Positions 59,782 to 64,000 of a DNA stretch of 64,000 bases are shown here, one piece after another. Position 1 is the first letter of the stretch, and each line of letters opens with the position of its first letter. The position numbers were made by a program, and so were the translations under genes. Below the pieces are notes generated by a model, which was not told where the DNA came from, did no database searches, and saw only the letters and a list, made by a program, of their open reading frames with translations. The DNA lies in assembly GCA_043808155.1 (NCBI GenBank), contig JAZDFD010000028.1, positions 17,870 to 81,869 of the forward strand, read 5' to 3'. This DNA comes from Candidatus Iainarchaeum sp. Lineage in GTDB: Archaea > Iainarchaeota > Iainarchaeia > Iainarchaeales > JAZDFD01.

Positions 59782-60051
59782 TTAAATTTCCCCGAAAAAA
59801 TCGTTTATAATTTTTTTGATTTCCTTTGCTTTATTGTGGTTTAATGAAACATGTAATCCATAATGTGTTTGCTTTTCGAGCAGAAGATTTTCTTTTATTA
59901 AACTCTTTGCAATTATTTTCACGTTCCCGTGCTCATGCGGTTTAAATCCTTTTGTTAAGTTGTCAAAAGCAGTATGTGAATTGCCCCAGTTCCTGCGTCT
60001 TGCTAATTTGAATAGAATCTTTGCCCTGACCAACTCTCTAGCATTGTCCAT
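59782..60051 (-). CDS. Small basic hypothetical protein (winged-helix-like)
   Basis: 89-aa ORF divergent from the wHTH gene; WGNSHT...HVSLN pattern. Confidence 0.55.
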   Translation of the reverse strand: MDNARELVRAKILFKLARRRNWGNSHTAFDNLTKGFKPHEHGNVKIIAKSLIKENLLLEKQTHYGLHVSLNHNKAKEIKKIINDFFGEI

Positions 60052-60105
60052 ATTAATGGACTATGAGAGTATATATTTATATACTTAATTGCTTCTACTT
60101 TATTT

Positions 60106-60423
60106 ATGCAAACAGAATCCAACTTTATTATTTTTTTCGGAGACAGCCCATTTATAAAAATGCTAGATGTGTTCATAGACAATATTGGTTCGGATTACTC
60201 AAAGAAGGATATTCAGGAGTTGGCAGGGATAAGCAAGGGTGCACTCTTCAAACACTGGCACAAATTGGAAAAATTCGAGTTAATTAAAATTACAAGGGTT
60301 TTTGGAAATACTAAATTATACACTTTGAATAAAAATTCTCAAACAGTTAAAGATTTAATGAAACTAGAAATGAATTTAATTGAAACCACATCTCCAAAAG
60401 AAAAAGCAAAGATACTTGCCTGA
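60106..60423 (+). CDS. Winged HTH protein
   Basis: YSKKDIQELAGISKGALFKHW..L...TRVFGNTKLYTLN. Confidence 0.8.
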   Translation: MQTESNFIIFFGDSPFIKMLDVFIDNIGSDYSKKDIQELAGISKGALFKHWHKLEKFELIKITRVFGNTKLYTLNKNSQTVKDLMKLEMNLIETTSPKEKAKILA

Positions 60424-60445
60424 AAAAACAAGGGGTAATTAGAAT

Positions 60446-61432
60446 ATGATTTGTCTCGCTCTAGAAAGCACAGCACATACCTTTGGCGTAGGAATAGTTA
60501 GCGATAAAAATAACAAATGTAATATTCTTGCAAATGAAAAAATGTCAGTTGTTACTGAAACCGGGGGATTAATCCCGCGTGAATTAGCAGACCATCATTA
60601 TGAAAATTCTGCAAAAGTAATTCATAATGCACTGGAAAAAGCAAATTTGAAAATTAATGAAATTGATTTAATTAGTTTTTCACAGGGACCAGGAATCGGC
60701 AACGCATTAAAAGTTGGTGCAGTAACTGCAAGAACACTTGCTTTGAAAAATAAAATTCCAATTTTAGGAGTGAATCATTGTATTGCGCACATTGAAATTG
60801 GGAAAGCTCTCACAAATGCAAAAGACCCAATTACTGTTTATGCATCTGGTGCTAATACTCAAATCATTGGATTTGAAAATAGGAAATACAGAGTTTATGG
60901 GGAAACATTAGATATTGGAATTGGAAATTTATTGGATAGTTTTGGGCGTGCACTTGGTTTGGGTTTTCCCGCAGGTCCGAAAATTGATGAAATGTATTTC
61001 AAAAAAAAGAATTACATTGAACTTCCGTATTCTGTAAAGGGAATGGATTTGGTTTTTTCAGGGTTGCAAACTGCAGCAGAAAGAAAAATTGGGAAAGTTG
61101 ATGAAACTGATTTAGCATATAGTTTGATGCACACTGCTTTTGCAATGTTAACTGAAGTTGCCGAGCGTGCGCTTGCTCACACTGAAAAAAAAGAGATTCT
61201 TCTGACAGGGGGAGTTGCGGCTTCAAATGCATTAAGAGAGATGATGAAAACAATGTGTGAGGAAAGAGGAGCTGAGTTGTTTGTCCCCCCAAAAAGTGTT
61301 TGTGTTGACTGCGGTGCAATGATTGCATGGCAGGGAATTATTGAACACAAAGCAGGCAGGAAAATGGAAATTAAAGACACAATGATTCTTCCAAAACAAA
61401 GAACAGATGATGTTGAAGTAATCTGGATTTGA
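60446..61432 (+). CDS. kae1: KEOPS t6A synthase Kae1
   Basis: ESTAHT, SQGPG, HCIAHIE, SGANTQ, ETLD, GGVAA. Confidence 0.95.
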   Translation: MICLALESTAHTFGVGIVSDKNNKCNILANEKMSVVTETGGLIPRELADHHYENSAKVIHNALEKANLKINEIDLISFSQGPGIGNALKVGAVTARTLALKNKIPILGVNHCIAHIEIGKALTNAKDPITVYASGANTQIIGFENRKYRVYGETLDIGIGNLLDSFGRALGLGFPAGPKIDEMYFKKKNYIELPYSVKGMDLVFSGLQTAAERKIGKVDETDLAYSLMHTAFAMLTEVAERALAHTEKKEILLTGGVAASNALREMMKTMCEERGAELFVPPKSVCVDCGAMIAWQGIIEHKAGRKMEIKDTMILPKQRTDDVEVIWI

Positions 61433-61510
61433 TTAATTACCGGACCCAAAAAACAATATGTTTAAATTCTGTAATTTACAGAATTACAAACCACACAAGA
61501 GGTAGTTGAA

Positions 61511-61639
61511 ATGAAGGAGATTAAGATAAAGGGGAAAAGAGAGCCAATCACAATGGCTGAGTGGAAGGACGTAAAAGACATAGTTAAAGCGCATTTGAAG
61601 GAATACAAAGAATTTTACAAAGAGCTCGCGGAATTATAA
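61511..61639 (+). CDS. 42-aa small protein, possibly antitoxin-like
   Basis: GAGGT SD, TTTAAA box with adjacent inverted repeat; MKEIKIKGKREPITMAEWKDVKDIVKAHLKEYKEFYKELAEL*. Confidence 0.55.
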   Translation: MKEIKIKGKREPITMAEWKDVKDIVKAHLKEYKEFYKELAEL

Positions 61640-61763
61640 AATTGGCAGGATTTGCATTCTCTGCCAAAGCAAAGAACTGATGATGATGTTGAAGTTATCG
61701 GGATTTAACACCATAACAAAAGCTTTTTATAGTAGTATAGCCTATAATACTATGGTGATATAG

Positions 61764-61973
61764 TTGGCTTCTACCATCCAAGTTGAAAAAGATACAATGG
61801 AATTGCTTAAAAATCTGAAAAACACGTATAACACAAAAACCTATGATGAGCTGATTAATCAGTTAGTGAGAAAAAAGGTTTCAGGGTCAATGTTTGCAAA
61901 GCTTTCAAAAGGGAAAACGTACACGATGAAGAACATTTTAAAGGGATTGCGTGATGAGTCAGACAGGCTTTAA
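61764..61973 (+). CDS. vapB: VapB-type antitoxin
   Basis: STIQV...L..LK....TYDELI; overlaps the PIN gene; operator-like inverted repeat 61729-61753. Confidence 0.75.
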   Translation: MASTIQVEKDTMELLKNLKNTYNTKTYDELINQLVRKKVSGSMFAKLSKGKTYTMKNILKGLRDESDRL

Positions 61974-62340
61974 ACTGCTGCTGGATTCCAGCGCCTGGCT
62001 TGCATACTTTTTAGGGGCAAGCAAGGAAGTGAAGGGTTATATTGATACAGAAGCAACGCTTCTCATAAGCAGTGTTCTTTCAATTCATGAGGTAAAGAAG
62101 AAACTGCTAAAGCAGGGCGTTGCAAAAGAGGCGCAAAATGCAATAGATTTCATGAAGGAAAACAGCATAATAATAGATGTGAGCGATGAAATTGCTGAAA
62201 AGGCTGTTAATGACTGTATTGAAAAAAAGCTGCACACAGTAGACAGTTTGATATATAGGACTGCAGTTGAAAACAATGCAGTAGTGGTAACTGGGGACAG
62301 AGATTTTGAAGGACTGGAAAATGTGAAAATATTGAAATAG
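61954..62340 (+). CDS. vapC: VapC PIN-domain toxin
   Basis: LLDSSAWL, HEV, VDSLIY, VTGDRDF. Confidence 0.9.
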   Translation: MSQTGFKLLLDSSAWLAYFLGASKEVKGYIDTEATLLISSVLSIHEVKKKLLKQGVAKEAQNAIDFMKENSIIIDVSDEIAEKAVNDCIEKKLHTVDSLIYRTAVENNAVVVTGDRDFEGLENVKILK

Positions 62341-62445
62341 TGCTACAAACCTTCTTTTTAGAACAGATGATGCTGAAGTTATCTGGCTTTGAACCCTAAT
62401 ACCATAATAATATAAAATATAGAATTCTATTACTAAAGGGAAATT

Positions 62446-63927
62446 ATGGGTTTTTTAGATAAATATTATTTGTTTATAACTGTGTTTTTCACAGGTGCTG
62501 CTGTGCTGATGCTTGAAATTTTAGGCACCCGCATTCTTGCTCCATTTTTTGGCACAACTGTATTTGTCTGGAGCTCGCTTATAAGTGTTGCAATTATTGC
62601 TCTCGCGATTGGTTATTTTGCAGGGGGTAAAATTGCAGATTCACGTCCTGAATGGAAAATAATGTATTTGTTTATTTTTGTTGCTGCAATTTTAATTATA
62701 ATTTCAGTAAAAATAGATGTGCTTGTGCTTCTTGCAACTGAAAGTGCGGGAATGCAATTTGGCCCGCTTCTTTCGTCATTAATTTTGTTTGGACCCGCGT
62801 TATTTCTTCTGGGTGCAGTAACACCTTTTGCAGTTAAACTTAAAGCAGATGCTCTTGATGACATTGGTGCGACTGCGGGAAATCTTTATGCAGTTGGAAC
62901 TTTAGGAAGTTTCTTTGGCGCAATTACAACTGGTTTCTTTTTAATTCCAATAATGGGAATTGAATCTATTGCAATTTTGTTTGCAGGATTTCTTTTTATT
63001 ATTTGCGGAATCTGGTTTTTAAAAAAAGGAAATTTTGCAACAAAATCAATGCTTGTTGTTTTTTTAATTTTAATTCTTGTACCGAGATTTGGAGTTGCAC
63101 TCCCCGAAGGAACAGAAATTGTTTACAAAACTGAAAGTGCGTATTCGCAGCTCAAGGTTGTTGATATTACAGAAAAAGAAGGCACTGCCAGAATTTTGAT
63201 GTCTTATGGTTCTATGCAAACAGTAATTGAAAAAAATTCCGGAAAATCTTTGACACCATACACTTACAAAATGATTGCTTCGCTTTCAATGAATCCTGAT
63301 GCAAAAAAAGCACTTGTAATAGGTAACGGAGGGGGAACAATTTCAATGGAGCTTGCAAGACAGGGGCTTGAAACAGATGCAATAGAGCTTGATCCTGTTG
63401 TGTTGGATATTGCAGAGGAATATTTTGGATTTAAGGAAAGTGAAAAACTTCATTTATTTTTGGGAGATGGGAGAAAATTTCTTGCAGATTCAAATGAGAA
63501 ATATGATTTAATTTTGATGGATGTATATTCTTCGTATTCGCCTCCATCGCATATGTTCACAACAGAAATGTTTCAGTCAGTAAAAGATTCACTTTCAGAA
63601 GAGGGGGTTTTTGTTGTTAATAGTGTTGGGTGGGTAGAAGGAGAAAAAGCAATACTTCAGCATTCAATTTACAAAACTCTGAAAACAGTTTTTCCTAATG
63701 TTTATGTGTCATATGAAAATTCTGAAAGCGTTAACAATGTAATATTTTTTGCTTCTCAAAATAATTTTAATTCAGATGAAATAAATCTAAAGAAGTTAAT
63801 TCCTGATGAAAAAGCAGTTGTTTTTACAGATGATTTTAATCCCATTGACCAATATTCTGCAGGCATAATTGAAGAATGGAGAAATGCAAACATAGAAAAT
63901 TTTGGAGCTGAAACTCTACTGGGCTGA
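62446..63927 (+). CDS. Fused MFS-like membrane domain / spermidine synthase-like protein
   Basis: MLEILGTR..AP.FG, GNLYAVGTLGS; IGNGGG, ELDP, GDGR, DLILMD, TDDFNP. Confidence 0.88.
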   Translation: MGFLDKYYLFITVFFTGAAVLMLEILGTRILAPFFGTTVFVWSSLISVAIIALAIGYFAGGKIADSRPEWKIMYLFIFVAAILIIISVKIDVLVLLATESAGMQFGPLLSSLILFGPALFLLGAVTPFAVKLKADALDDIGATAGNLYAVGTLGSFFGAITTGFFLIPIMGIESIAILFAGFLFIICGIWFLKKGNFATKSMLVVFLILILVPRFGVALPEGTEIVYKTESAYSQLKVVDITEKEGTARILMSYGSMQTVIEKNSGKSLTPYTYKMIASLSMNPDAKKALVIGNGGGTISMELARQGLETDAIELDPVVLDIAEEYFGFKESEKLHLFLGDGRKFLADSNEKYDLILMDVYSSYSPPSHMFTTEMFQSVKDSLSEEGVFVVNSVGWVEGEKAILQHSIYKTLKTVFPNVYVSYENSESVNNVIFFASQNNFNSDEINLKKLIPDEKAVVFTDDFNPIDQYSAGIIEEWRNANIENFGAETLLG

Positions 63928-64000
63928 TGCTTATGAAAAATAAAAAAGTATTTTTGTTAGTTTTTGTTTCTTTAATGTTGTTTTTCTTAGCAGACAGTGT
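63927..64000 (+). CDS. Start of a secreted or membrane protein, truncated by window edge
   Basis: MLMKNKKVFLLVFVSLMLFFLADS, signal-peptide-like. Confidence 0.4.
   Translation, partial: MLMKNKKVFLLVFVSLMLFFLADS

Larger units (their letters stand above)
61388..62392 (+). repeat. Three imperfect direct copies of the kae1 3' end (61388-61432, 61661-61708, 62360-62392)
   Basis: Shared AGAAC.GATGATG.TGAAGT.ATC.GG.TTT.A; peptides LPKQRTDDVEVIWI*, LPKQRTDDDVEVIGI*, RTDDAEVIWL*. Confidence 0.85.

Overview
AT-rich archaeal chromosomal window. A DPANN lineage is inferred from the compact gene content, GGTGA-type Shine-Dalgarno (SD) sites and divergent informational proteins. It holds most of the transcription/translation core: rpoH-B''-B'-A'-A''-L30e-nusA-S12-S7-EF2-EF1A-S10, archease and intein-containing rtcB, a contiguous L3...secY...S13-S4-S11-rpoD-tRNA-Leu(intron)-L18e-L13-S9-rpoN-S2 super-operon, the gltX-L7Ae-ndk-aIF5B-aIF2g-rpoE-S24e-S27ae block, and sua5/kae1. 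Main unexplained signal: a family of modular palindromic repeats with covarying stems at five gene junctions of the ribosomal super-operon, a related module after secY, and a composite hub at 8.5-8.8 kb. Each operon copy lies inside a mini-ORF that bridges the flanking genes, and several are flanked by duplicated initiation signals. Also notable: three copies of the kae1 3' end bracketing small cassettes (including vapBC), unusual substitutions in the RNA polymerase active centre and in uS12 decoding loops, a k-turn over the L7Ae SD, and widespread Lys/Glu-rich tails. Start codons were adjusted by eye to SD positions. No database searches were run, so family names come from recognised motifs and synteny.
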